A DNA stretch of 61,106 nucleotides, filler included, from Basidiobolus meristosporus CBS 931.73 (GCA_002104905.1; 5 parts of 5 records of this genome joined end to end with filler, not necessarily neighbours in it), one strand, 5' to 3'; shown: positions 27,291-39,696, counted from the whole stretch's first letter. The notes: a model not told the origin generated them from the letters alone. Program-made: numbers and translations.

Positions 27291-27739
27291 ATGTGCTGGC
27301 ACATGTCAATCCAATATATGCCAACATCCTTCATAAGAGCTCCACACTAAGGGTCAATGCAAATAGTTCAGAGTAGCACTACAGGTGTTAGCCAAACTGC
27401 TCAATTGGACACCAATCTACCAGAGTTTGCCAAGTTATGCTCACCTGTAGCATCACATTGGACTCAGCTAAGGGTCATGCTAACATGTCATGTTGCACCT
27501 GCATGTGCCATTACACCTGACCAACAGCAAGTTACCTCTGGTGAACAGACTGAAGAAGACCCACTGGAAGTACCTCCACCACAGCAGTCCTTGACAAGTA
27601 AAAGTATGTGTCAGCACATGTTACTCCATGCTGTTCTGTAGCATCATCAAGTTCAATTCAGTACAGCCAAGCTACAGCACTGCACCTGTTAGCCAGGAGG
27701 CAAATACTGACTACAGGTTCACAAGTACCACATGAAAAA

Positions 27740-29836
27740 TTATTGTAATGATTCCATCAAAAGGCCATCACTAATTCTAGGTCCAATGACTAAGAGGCAT
27801 TGATTCCATCAGGACTCCATGCAAAGACTGTCAAAAAATCATGCACCTCAGATATCATAAAAGACTTGGTCAAAATTTTTCATCACAACAATACAAAAGT
27901 GGCTTTTGATTGGCTCTCTGATAGTTTTCTTACTTTCTGATCACAGACACTCTGTCACCTCCTATGATTGTGTACATTATTGGCTGTTGCCTCTTTTTCA
28001 CACTTCTTACTGCCAGACTCAACCATTTTTCTTACTTTTCATGCTTACAAATTGATATATTTCCATGGAGACTTCAGTTGTAGCTCAATTCCCAGCTATA
28101 TTGACCTATACAAGTCCCTATACCCTACACTAACACTAAGCCTCACCCCATACTCAACTAGTAACTCCATTAAAATCCACCACCCAATATGTAATTCTGC
28201 TGTAACGCTCTGTTTCTGCAACTTTAACAGGAACCCTATGGCTTTATGCCATGGTTCATTCACTGATTCCCATATGTCTGGGTTTTTAGATGGCACTGCA
28301 AGGTCTAGCTCCTCATTTGCCAGTCCTTGCAATAAGTCCTTGCAATATTTGAATGTGTTTTCTTGAGCACTGCTCATGAAGATGTACTGCAACCTCTTAG
28401 TGTGGCTATTAATGTTCCAAAGTTCCACCAACAGCATTGCAATAACCTTTTGAGCTTCTGACATTGCCACTTTGTCTGTCAGTAGGATCTCCACTATATT
28501 AAAAATTCATGATGTGGAGTCTGTGGTAAACAAATTGACTTTCACTGCACACTCATCTACCTCACCAGAGTGTAGCCCAACTGGCTGCACTTCCAGCTCT
28601 TGTGAAAACAGCTGTTTTCTTGTTGGTAATTCTTCTTGGCTATGATGTGTTGTGTTGTATTATGATTAGTTTAGGGATTGTTCTACAATATAGAGGCTAA
28701 TCAACAATATACAACAACCTCCAGTGTGCTAATACTGAAATAGCTTATTGGGAGTTTGATATACCAATAGATGATATAACTTTCACTAATTTCCTCAATC
28801 TTAGGCTCAAAATATACTGTAGGCAGTGTTTAGCACTTCTACAGCAGTGTTCTGACCTTCTGTTGACTAATGGGCTTATTTACTTTTATAGTAATTTTTC
28901 CTTATTTGGAAGTCACTTTCCTTTCTGAGAGAATATTTCCCAATATGGAAATTCTGAACTCCCCTTTAACCTAAAGGGGTGTGTTGTAGAAGTCTCTAAA
29001 GGGGTCTTTAGACCTAAAGGGGTGTCTAAAGGGGTGTCTTTAGAGTAAAGGGGCTTCTTGTAGTGGTCTCTACAGTGGACTTTAGACTAAAGGTGTGTCT
29101 TTAGAGTAAAGGGGTTTCTTAGAGGGGACTTTTCTGACAGAAAAGTGGTAGTTTCTTGTAGAACTTAGATTGGATTCTTGTGAGCTTTGCAGTCTCTTTA
29201 CTGAAGTAGTACCAATCAAAGTCAGAATACTCAACAGTGCAAGTGATGCAGGGGAAGTCTTATAACCTTTGAACTTGTAATCATAGTGTGGAGATTCTGG
29301 AAAGAGAGGCTCCCTTTTATTTTTCAGCTGGGGAAGTCATATATATGAAAAGCTTGAAGGATCAAGGTTTTTGGGCAATTGCACAAGCAATACACGTGAT
29401 ACAAAGCTAAAATTCTGCAGTGGCACAGATCAGATATAGGCGCAGCACCTGTAGGAATTTCACGTGATTTGATTGGCTGGTTTGAAAGTTACACACGATC
29501 AAAGTCACCCTAATAATCCTAGCAATAAGGCATAGTATAAATAATAATTGGACTCTTTTGGTCATAACTCCTTAAGTACTGCTTCAAATGAGCTGTAATT
29601 TGAAACATGTGTTGGCTACTATGTGTTCTGTATGACATAGTATTCTTGGGTGGATTGCTTGTCAGGGTCTGGGGCATTTGTTCATCAAAGTTGGAAATTC
29701 TTGATCTTTCACTTGTGTGTTATGATAGCAAAAAGCAAAATAAAGAAATGAGTGCAATATTGGTTTAGGGATATTGTAGTAATGGAATACTTTCCATTAC
29801 CACAGATGCAATTCAGTCTGTTCTGGGCTTACAGCA
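27740..29836 (-). repeat. Repeat family X, copy 4 (inverted), split by a solo LTR and ending at the chromovirus LTR
   Basis: ORF 28096-28494 (PDIWESVNEPWHKAIGF...LMELLVEYGVRLSVSVGYRDL) matches 26257-26502 (QDMWELVNEQCHKAIGF...LMELLAEFGVRINVSVGYKDL). Confidence 0.65.
28648..29804 (-). repeat. Solo LTR (family L1200, 1157 bp) with 4-bp TSD GATG
   Basis: Reverse complement of 9756-10960, with GATG at 28644-28647 and 29805-29808. The empty site is visible in the paralog at ~25900-25935 (reverse complement gctatGATGggactcagtctgttctg). Confidence 0.85.
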
Positions 29837-32800
29837 TGTTGTATCCAAGAGAAAGTGTAATAAAACTCTTGAATGGTTTAACTGAACCAAAGGGACAATT
29901 AAGTGCAGAATCTTAGAATTGTCAGAGAGTGGCGGAAATATTAGCAGAAAGATCTGATCAAATATTGGTCTTGGATATAGCTGGGTTGGCTATAAAGGCA
30001 ATGATATTTGTTCGCTAGGCAGGCTAGGCTTGGTGTTCTTTGGAGTGCTAGATATACTAGGCTTGGATAGAAACTAGAACGGAATTGTTGGATTCTTATT
30101 TTTGCTGAGACAGAATCTTAATTTCGTTGAGACACACACTAAACCAAAAGGTTCAGTACACTTTATTTATACTTTTCTGATCAAGTTGAATTAGTAAGCG
30201 CCAAGGGACTGGATTGATTGAAATCAATTTGGGTGTTCATAGGCGCATAAGATAAATGAATATTACATCATCAATCAACTGATGTCTTGGCAACTGCACA
30301 GTGGTTGGATAGATCTCAGATGACTAATCACCTGGGAAGGCTTGGCAGATAGGTTGATAACGTGATGACCATTTGAAAATAGATCAGGTGTGATAGCTAA
30401 AAATAGATTCTGAGGTGCGATCAAATAAACTGTAACTGGGATTTGTTATGTTTGGGTTAGGGAAAATCAGTTAGGGTACTAGATTTTCAAACGGAGTAAA
30501 ATTGGCAAAGTTTTAAATGTTGATGCACAACATCACTTCCTTCCGGAAGAGGAGTTTTTTGCTACCTTCTGGGTTCCTCTGCGGCTCCAATACTGATTGA
30601 TAATGGCAACATCATCAAAGTTGGTGTAAGGTTCCCAGGTGTTGTGTTTGGCATCATAGCCTTTCCACTTGACTAAATAAAGGCAATTTGGTTCTTCTCC
30701 ATCATGGTCCAAAATAGCTTCAACTTCATAGGATTTCGAAGTTACTGGGTCTTGAGAAATAAGTTTGAGTGAGGAAGGTGGAAAGTTTTTGGGTAGCAGT
30801 GCTCCAGTGTTATCTTGAAGTACATAAGATCCTCCAGTAGTGCGTCTGACAACTGTGAATGGTCCTTCATACTTGGGGTCAAGCTTAGATTGCCGGATTG
30901 GATCTAGTGTCATGACATATGACCCATCTGGGAAGCTGCTGTTCCTGTGTCTTGAGGCGTATGTTGAAGTCATCTTTTGCTGAGAGGCCTTACTTCTGGC
31001 ACTGATAGCAGGGTAGACAATGTTGGTAAGGTACTCAAGCCGGTTCTTTAGCTTATCTGTACTCAAACTTGCTAACTCTGTATACTGGTAGTCTCCAAAG
31101 TGGTTGTATCTTCTTCCAAACATCAAGGAAAATGGGGTTGATCCATGTAGAGCGGCAATTTTGGTGTTGATAGCATACTGTACAGTCGGAATGTACTTGT
31201 CCCAATTCTTCTTGATACCTTTGATAGATATCCTGATGATGTTCACTGAGGTCTGAACATGTCTTTCAGCCAGTCCATTAGCTTTGGGATGATATGGAGT
31301 GATCAGACAATGATCAATGGCGCTATTCTGGCAAAGAGCTTTGATCACGTGATTCACAAATTCTGTTCCATTATCCAATTGAATGACCTTAGGGAATCCA
31401 AAAAGGCAGAAGAGCTTGAATAGTTCTTGTGCAATAGTGGCCGCATACTTGTCTGGGATGGCTTTGAGGAAGACAAAACGTGTGCAGACATCCACAATTA
31501 GAAAGAGGTAGTGATTACCATCATCACTAGTGGTGAAAGGTCCAGCTAGATCAATTGCAATATGATCCATAGGAAGGCTTGCATGGATGGGGCTCAAAGG
31601 GTGAAATCCATGGCGGCTGATATTGTAAAGTTGACATTCTCTGCACAACGTGACAAATTCTAAGCAGTCAACTTTGATATTTGGCCAGTGATATCCATCA
31701 GAGTGTAGCTTCTTCATAAGTGTGTCAGCTCCAAAGTGGCCAAGTAAATGACTCCTCTGTATCAATGTTTTCCTTTGTTCTTCAGGTGGGATTTTCCAAG
31801 TTGCTGAGTCCAGTTGAGGAATTATTTTGGAAGTTGTAGAGAGTTTACTGATTACATCAGTAATCACATGTCCCTCCCAAGGTGAAGTTGGAAAAAGTCT
31901 TGACCGGTGGTCAGGAAGGATGTTGAGAATTCCTGGGCGATGAATAACTGTATATTCATAATCAAGTAGAGTATCAAGCCAGTTGGTAAGCATTGGAGTC
32001 AGAGTCTTCTGAGTGTGGATATAGACAATGGCTCAGTGGTCAGTGTACAAGGTAAAAGGATTACCCCATAGATACTGATGAAACTTCTTCAAGGCAAAGA
32101 CTATGGCAAGTAGCTCCTTCTTGGTAGCAGAGTAGTTTCTCTCAGCAGGTTGTAGGGACCTGGCTTGGAAAGAGATCCAGTGAGGGGAATTTTGATCTTC
32201 ATCTTGATAGAGGACTGCCCCTAACCCAACATTAGATGCATCTGTAGCAACAACAAAGGGCTTAGTAAAGTCTGGGTAGGATAAGGTGGGTGCTTGTGGA
32301 AGCAGTTGGCAGAGTGACTCAAAGGCTTGGTCATGAGTCTTGTTCCAGGCTGAGGTGAGATCAGGGCTATGGCGTAATGCATCTAATGGGGCACTCAATG
32401 AGGACATGAGTGGTATGTGTTCCCTGAAATAGTTGAATACTCCAAGATAATGTTGAAGTTGCTTGGCGCTAGTGGGTTTTGGCCATTCTGGGATATTGAC
32501 CAGCTTGAAAGGATCTAATTGGTGGCCAGCTGGTGTGACTATAAATCCAAGTAGATTGATTTTGAGGCGGGCAAAACTGCACTTTTCAGCATTGAGAATC
32601 AGTCCAGCAGTTGTCAGTCTGTTGATTACATCAGTGACATGGGTTGCATGATCATCACGGTTAGTGGAGAATATGATGACATCATCAACAAATACCAATG
32701 CGTATGGTGCATTCTTGAGTATTATAGTCATGACTCTCTGAAACTTGCTGGTAAGTGTCTTTAGGCCAAAGGGAGCTCCCTGAAACATCCATTGCATATT

Positions 32801-35754
32801 ATTCCAAGTAAAGGCAGTCTTATGCTGATGATCAGGATGGATCTGGAATCGGTGATATGCATCCTTCAAGTCCAACTTGGAGAATACTTTTGCTCCTGAT
32901 AGTGCGGAAAAGATATCTTGGATTCTTGGAATTGGAAACTTGTCATCTTGGAGAAGCTTGTTCAGAGGTCTGGGGTCCAAACAGGGTCTCTTCAGGGTTA
33001 GATTTCCATCAGCATCTTTCTTTGGTGCAAGCGTCAAAGGGCTGTTGAATGTTGTGTTGACAGGGGCTTGAGTGATAATTCCATTGTCAGCCCATTTTTG
33101 GACTATCTCATCAACTAAGTGTTGACATGAATGCGGAATTGGGTATTGCCTCCTCCATGTTGACTCACCAGGTGGGGTCTCTAGTGTAACAATGGATTCT
33201 GGGATGGTGCAGAAGCTGTTCCTTGGAATGGCCTGATTTCTCTCTATGGCCGGCTGAATATCTAATTTGACTGATTGAGAATATTCTTGAAAAGTTGGGG
33301 TTAACTCTTCTTCTTCCGGTTGGGATGAGATAATCTCTGGGATTTGATCCATTATGAGCGGCTGAGATTTAGTGATTCCTGGATAGGAAACCGGTAGTCC
33401 GCCTATGTGAAAGCCAAGTTTGGTGAAGGTGTCCAGACCAATGACTACCTGAGGTCCATCTGGTATGTCAATCACTTCCATCTGATGGATTATGGTTACT
33501 GAGCCACAATGTATGTTGATTGGGTTGGTAATGCCAATTCTTGGGGCTGAGAGATCCTTAGCTGCAAGAATGATTTTTCCTGGTCGTTTTTCTATCTCCA
33601 AATTGAGTTCTCTGACTACATTGGGTGATACAATAGAGTTGGATGATCCAGTATCCAGTAGTGCTACGTATGATTGGCCATTGAGGGTGAGTGGCACTTC
33701 TATGGCTTTGAGCTGTGTGATTGGTTGCTTCTTTTCTTGGACAGTTGCAATTTTAGCCGGAAACTCAAAGAGGTTGTGATAATCTTGAACTGTAAGTTCT
33801 TCATATGCTTCTTCATACCCCATTGTATCATTGGCTGAATGATCATCAAGGATCTGGGTAATTTTGGCTGATGGTGTGGAGTTCTTCTCAGGACAGGCAG
33901 GTGATCTATGTCCCCTATTTCCACATTTAAAGCACTTGTCATCAGCATATGGATTATCAGTTTTGGTGTTTTGCTGCTTTTCTGCGGTGTTTCCTGACTT
34001 GTTTGACTGCTTGGTGATGCCTTTGCATTCACTGGTAGAATGATAGCATTTTCCATGAAGCTCACAGTGCTTAGTAGCGGTTGACTGCTTCTTGGTCACA
34101 TGACTGGTCTCTTTTCCGGCTGTTGTGGGATATTGGGTTGAGCTGCCTGAAGTCTGGCTAACAGCTGCAGTCAAGGTGATTGCCAGTGTACATATCTCTG
34201 AGATCTGGTCATAGGTACGTGCAGGGTTGCATGCTTTGACAATAGCAATATTGCTCTGTAGCTGGTGTGAAAAGTTTGAAAGAAAATGAGCAGTAAGCAA
34301 TGGATTATCATCACTAACTCCAGCTAATCTCATTTGTCTTTGGAATCTATCACAGAAGTGTTGCACAGATTCACCTTTTTGCATTTTAGTTTTCCATAAG
34401 TCGCAGTTCAGATGTGCTTTCTTGAGAGGATCTTCAAAATGGCTGCAAAAGAGGTTTTGGGCAATTTTCCACGTACTATTGGAAGGAATGTTCACTTCAA
34501 CCCAGTCAGCATCTTGCATTGTGAGACAGAGAGGCAGAAGTCTAGCCCAGTTGGTGTCAGGGTCTAGCTGGTGTGCAGCTAAGACGTGACTAAACTTGTA
34601 AAGAAACTCAGTTGGATTCTTGATGGCATTGGTGCCTTCAGCATAAACAGGCAAGGATCTTGGGACAACCACCGGGGCAGGTCTAGAAGGAGATGTAGAT
34701 CTGGAGGATTCAAAGGCATGACTTCTTGGTGGCTGATGCAGAGCAAGGCTTGGTGGATTTTCAATGCTGTCAATTACTATGGCAATATTCTCCAGTGCTT
34801 CCTTAATTATTCCAATTTCATCTTGGTAACCGGATATAACTTCAAGGAGTTCATCTCTACGGTGATTATCAGATCTTGTTTTGGCAAGCTTTGAGTGCTC
34901 AATCATCATGGTATTTCTTTCAAGCATGATGTTTTCAAGCTGTTCAGTAAGTTCTTCCTGATTTCTTCTGGCTTCTTCCAACATGGAAAGGTTTGGATTG
35001 CTTGCTGCTGAGGACATCTTCTAATTGGCTGAATGTAATGGAATTCAACAAAAAAAATGTTGTATCCAAGAGAAAGTGTAATAAAACTCTTGAATGGTTT
35101 AACTGAACCAAAGGGACAATTAAGTGCAGAATCTTAGAATTGTCAGAGAGTGGCGGAAATATTAGCAGAAAGATTCTGATCTAATATTGGTCTTGGATAT
35201 AGCTGGGTTGGCTATAAAGGCAATGATATTTGTTTGCTAGGCAGGCTAGGCTTGGTGTTCTTTGGAGTGCTAGATATACTAGGCTTGGATAGAAACTAGA
35301 ACGGAATTGTTGGATTCTTATTTTTGCTGAGACAGAATCTTAATTTTGTTGAGACACACACTAAACCAAAAGGTTCAGTACACTTTATTTATACTTTTCT
35401 GATCAAGTTGAATTAGTAAGCGCCAAGGGACTGGATTGATTGAAATCAATTTGGGTGTTCATAGGTGCATAAGATAAATGAAAATTACATCATCAATCAA
35501 CTGATGTCTTGGCAACTGCACAGTGGTTGGATAGATCTCAGATGACTAATCACCTGGGAAGGCTTGGCAGATAGGTTGATAACGTGATGACCATTTGAAA
35601 ATAGATCAGGTGTGATAGCTAAAAATAGATTCTGAGGTGGGATCAAATAAACTGTAACTGGGATTTGTTATGTTTGGGTTAGGGAAAATCAGTTAGGGTA
35701 CTAGATTTTCAAACGGAGTAAAATTGGCAAAGTTTTAAATGTTGATGCACAACA
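29837..35754 (-). mobile_element. Full-length Ty3/gypsy chromovirus (Tf1/sushi-like) with two near-identical LTRs
   Basis: LTRs at 29837-30532 and 35058-35754 (TGTTG...CAACA; about 7 differences by eye). PPT GGAAGGAAGTGA overlaps the pol stop. Both outer flanks read AGCA. Confidence 0.95.
30533..35017 (-). pseudogene. Single-frame Gag-PR-RT-RH-IN-chromodomain polyprotein (~1494 aa) broken by one TGA at 32033-32035
   Basis: Zinc knuckle CFKCGNRGHRSPAC; protease ALLDTGSS; RT FSKLDLKDAY and FVDD; RH TDASNVG; IN HIAIDLAGPF and DNGTEF; chromodomain YEVEAILDH...YLVKWKGY...NTWEP. The frame continues past the stop as DH*AIVYIHTQKTLTPMLTN (probably CGA>TGA). Confidence 0.93.
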
Positions 35755-37498
35755 AGCATACTGTACAGTTGGAATGTACTTGTCCCAATTCTTTTTGATA
35801 CCTTTGATAGATTTCCTGATGATGATCACTGAGGTCTGAACATGTCTTTCACCGTGCTTACTTTGTGTGAGTGCTTCTTGTATTGAACTGTCTTTTCNNN
35901 NNNNNNNNNNNNNNNNNNNNNNNNNNNNNNNNNNNNNNNNNTTAATTAATTAANNNNNNNNNNNNNNNNNNNNNNNNNNNNNNNNNNNNNNNNNNNNCTG
36001 CCTCTAGGTGATGCAACAGATCGGGAAGTCAAGACCATATTTAGAAGCCGCTTCCCCTTGCAGTTTGAAACTATCCCCTTTTTCAGTATCCGCATACTCT
36101 CTTGGACGTTGTACCCTTTTCCATAGTGACATTCCCTTGTACTACAGAATCTGCTCCCTACTCAGTTGTAACTGCAGGTTTCTCAGGCATTTGGTACCCC
36201 TACTTGACTTTTCCATGCGCTCACTAGTAGCCCTGCTATGGTTCTATCTTGTTCCTTTGTGCCATTCCTTTGAATTTTTCCAGAGTAGACGCCGTTATTT
36301 TGGCCAATTTGAGAGTCTGCTGTAAGATAACTCGAGCAAGGGCTGCCACAGCATGCAAACATAATGCATGACTGTCCCTGGTTGAAGTCCTTTGATTTTT
36401 CTGTTCATCTAATTGTTGAGATATCCCTCATTTTGTGTAAGCTCTAAATGCTTGCTCCGTCCTCTGCTCATTCGTTGGCTTATTCTCCTTATTTTTCTAA
36501 TGCACTAACATCTTTGGTCTCATATAGCGCATGGTAATCAATTGTGAAGGACGAAGGGATTCTCCAAGGTCAAAGCAATAGTGAAAGTTTTCAAGGGCAT
36601 ATATAAAGGGCCACTGTATCCAGCTGGCCAGAATCATTACAACCGACTCACTGCTAAAACCCTCATCACATCCGATTTCCTTCCTAAATAGATTTTGTTC
36701 GTTCATCTTAATCTCAAGCATTTCACTTTCCCCCTGCAATAACTAACATCAATGTGTGCAGCCGTGGGCGCAAAGAAGGCTAGATATTGTGTAAGTGCCA
36801 TTTTTGTTTCAAATAATGTATAAAGCCGGACAAAGACTCATTAAATGAAAGACTTGGGGGATGGTAGTTACCAGTGCAGTGCAATTTTTTTACCAAGTAG
36901 TTATAAAAGTTCTAAACCTAAAAAAAGAAGCCAACTAAGAGTTGCTGAATCTTGTAGGTATATGATCTAACTTGAATTTTGTTTTGTGTGAAATATTGAA
37001 CTGGGTAAATTTAAACTTTTTTGGGAGAAGAGAAAACTGAGTGGTTTGGAGGGAATCATTAATTGTAAGTAGTGCTTGTCTACAATCAATCTTACAGCAA
37101 ACACCTGAAATCATGTTGTCAAGGGAATGGGTATATACTTTTGAGTTAGGGTTCTGGTTCTTGACTAGGAAGCATACAAATAAAGCACAATCTTCAGATA
37201 TGAGAAGATTATGCAAATATAGAAACTGCAATCACAAGGTAAGTATCTTTGAGTTTGCCTAGTAAGAAAGAGCTTGGAGTTAGATTTAAGCAGGTTTTCA
37301 GTTTGAGAAATAAAGGAGACTGTCAATTTATAAAAGAACATGATGGTGAAATATAATTGACAGTAGCTTTCATTGCTCCAACTCTGTGGGAAATCACAAG
37401 AAAACACAAGAAAGTGACAAGGAAGTACTGATAAAATATGTATACCCTTACAAATAGAGTAATGGAGGCTGCCAAAGCTCTAAGGTGAGTTCAAATCT

Positions 37499-38574
37499 TG
37501 TTATGCATCAACATCTAAAACTTAGCCAGTTTTACTCCATTAGAAAATCTAGTACCCTAACTGATTCTCACTAATCCAAACATACCTAATCCTAGTTATG
37601 GTTTATGTTGTCACTTCTCAGAATCTATTTTTAGCTCTCACACCTGATCAATCTTTATGTGGTCATGATGTCCTCAGCTGATCTGCTAAGTCTTTCCATG
37701 TGATTAGTCATCTGAAATCTACCCAACCACTTAGCAGTTGCCAAGACATCAGCAGATATATGCTGCAATTTTCATTTATCTTATGCACCTATCAACACCT
37801 ATATTGATTTCAATTAGTCCAGTCTCTTGACGCTTACTAACTCCACTTGATCAGGAAAGTATAAATAAAGATTACTGAACCTTTTGGTTTAGTGTGTGTC
37901 TCAACAAAATTAAGATTGTGTTGCAGCAAAAATAAGAACCCAGCAATTCCATTCTAGTTTCTACCCAAGCCTAGCATATCTAGCACTCCCTAGAACACAA
38001 AGCCTAGCCTGCATAGCAAACCAACTCTGTTGCCTTTATAATTGTTGGATTCAAGAGAAAAGTGTAATAACACTCCTGAATATTTTAACTGAACCCAAGT
38101 GACAACTAAGTGCAGAATCTTTGAATTGTCAGAGAGTGGCAGAAGTATTAGAAGAGAGGCTCTGGTCTAATACTGGTTTTGTGTATAGCCGGGTTTGGCT
38201 ATAAAGGCAACAGTGTTAGTTTGCAATGCAGGCTAGGCTTGGTGCTCTTTGGAGTACAAGATATACAAGGCTGGGGTAAAACTAGAATGGAATTGTTGAG
38301 TTCTTAATATTGCTGAGACACAATCTTAATTTTCTGGAGACATACACTAAACCAGAAGGTTCAGTAAGCTTCATTTACACTATTTGATCAAGTTGAATTA
38401 GTAAGTGCAAAGAGACTAGACTAATTGAAATCTGTTGGGGTGCTGATAGGTACATAAGACTAATAAAAATTGCATCATCAATCAGCTAATGTCTTGGCAA
38501 CTGCTAAGTTGTTGGATAGATCTCAGATGACTAATCACCTGGGAAAGCTTGGCACATTAGTTGATAATGTAATG
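37499..38574. repeat. Two diverged chromovirus-family LTRs in inverted arrangement (37499-38040 and 38043-38574), both truncated
   Basis: 37499 tgttatgcatcaac resembles the reverse complement of the LTR end gttgatgcacaaca. 38043 tgttggattcaagagaaaagtgtaataac resembles the LTR start tgttgtatccaagagaaagtgtaataa. Confidence 0.85.
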
Positions 38575-39142
38575 GGTTAGGGGGGAGACAGTCACCAACA
38601 GATGAAATCTTTATTTCAGTTGAAACAAAGAAGCCAGCGCTACTGTTGTAGCTTTGATACCAGAGTGTGCAGCTGAGGTGAATTTGTAGGTAAGTGAATA
38701 AGGAGAGATGAAAGTTCTTCTGTACTCAAGACACTGTTCAATGGGAAGGGGGGTAGCAAAAGCGGTAAGAATGATTTGTGATCAACATTGATAGAGGAAT
38801 GTGATAAGGATTGATACTCATCATAAAGGGGGTGTGCTGCTTCAGATACTGCTGCCAAAGGTCTGTCAAGTACTTCAGGTAGGCCAGCTTGGGTTTTTCT
38901 GACTGCTGAATATATTGAGCAAACTTCTTGACTTCAGGATCTCCAAGTATAGTTCTCCAGCAGGAGCCAGGTGTAGTGTGGTGTGTTCTCTTCCAGGCCT
39001 TGATCAGTGGGTTGTTGCAGTGGTGAAGTAAGAGACATAATCTGGTTCTAAGGTAGAGTAGTCTGATCTCATAGGGCATAAACCCAAAAGCACCAAGAAT
39101 AGCATGTCTGTAGGGGCATTCAGGCAGATGAGGCACCAGGGA
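38575..39142 (-). mobile_element. 5'-truncated copy (3' ~570 bp) of the TTAGGG-associated LINE
   Basis: Closely matches 39629-40200. Begins GGTTAGGGGGG on the plus strand; encodes PHLPECPYRHAILGAFGF...VSKLQQ with one frameshift. Confidence 0.92.
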
Positions 39143-39172
39143 TTAGGGTTAGGGGGGAGGAAAGCCACCAGA

Positions 39173-39628
39173 TTAGGGGAGGGAAAGTCACCAAGGTAGG
39201 TGAAATCTTTATTTGATTTCAGACAAGTCTAACTACAAATAAAGAAGCCAGCTGGGAATAGAAGATTCCCAAAGTATACACTAAGTTGAATATGAATAAA
39301 TCTAAGCTAAAGTTAAAGCAGTATCCCAGAGTACACTGGAGTTCAGGTTCATGGGGGAGTGAAGTAGATAAGCTTGAGAGATTTAATAGTCTTGTAAGAA
39401 GTGGGTAACAGCAGGTGAAGGGGAGTTTTTGATAAGTGAAGTGAATCTTGAGAGCAGAGATTCCTCTAATGAGAAGGTCTTGTAAACTGGAGAATCAGGA
39501 AACTCTTTAAAGGCATGTTCAGTAGGTTCCCAACAAAACTGGTCAGAGACATTTTGAGAGAATTGTTCAGCAATACTTTTGTCAAGTACTACCTCCAGAG
39601 TGTGATGGTTGATAAATCTCATGTTAAC
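39173..39628 (-). mobile_element. 5'-truncated partner element: ORF1-like C-terminus, own 3' UTR, shared 3' hairpin/CCCTAA end, no ORF2
   Basis: HTLEVVLDKSIAEQFSQNVSDQFCW...SRFTSLIKNSPSPAVTHFLQDY* aligns by eye with ORF1 KILEVILDQNIADPFVAFVEKNLNW...SFFAAIKRQAPSYDVAYFLKNH. The stop at 39383-39385 is followed by ~200 nt and the common terminus. Confidence 0.75.
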
Positions 39629-39696
39629 TTAGGGTTAGGGGGAGACAGTCACCAACAGGTGAAATCTTTATTTCAGTTGAAACAAAGAAGCCAGCG

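Noticed and set aside
35998-36900. Possible SWIM/Mutator remnant (..HALCLHAVAAL.. on the minus strand)
   Set aside because: Only a CxH-like word; no upstream CxC or DDE motifs could be found.
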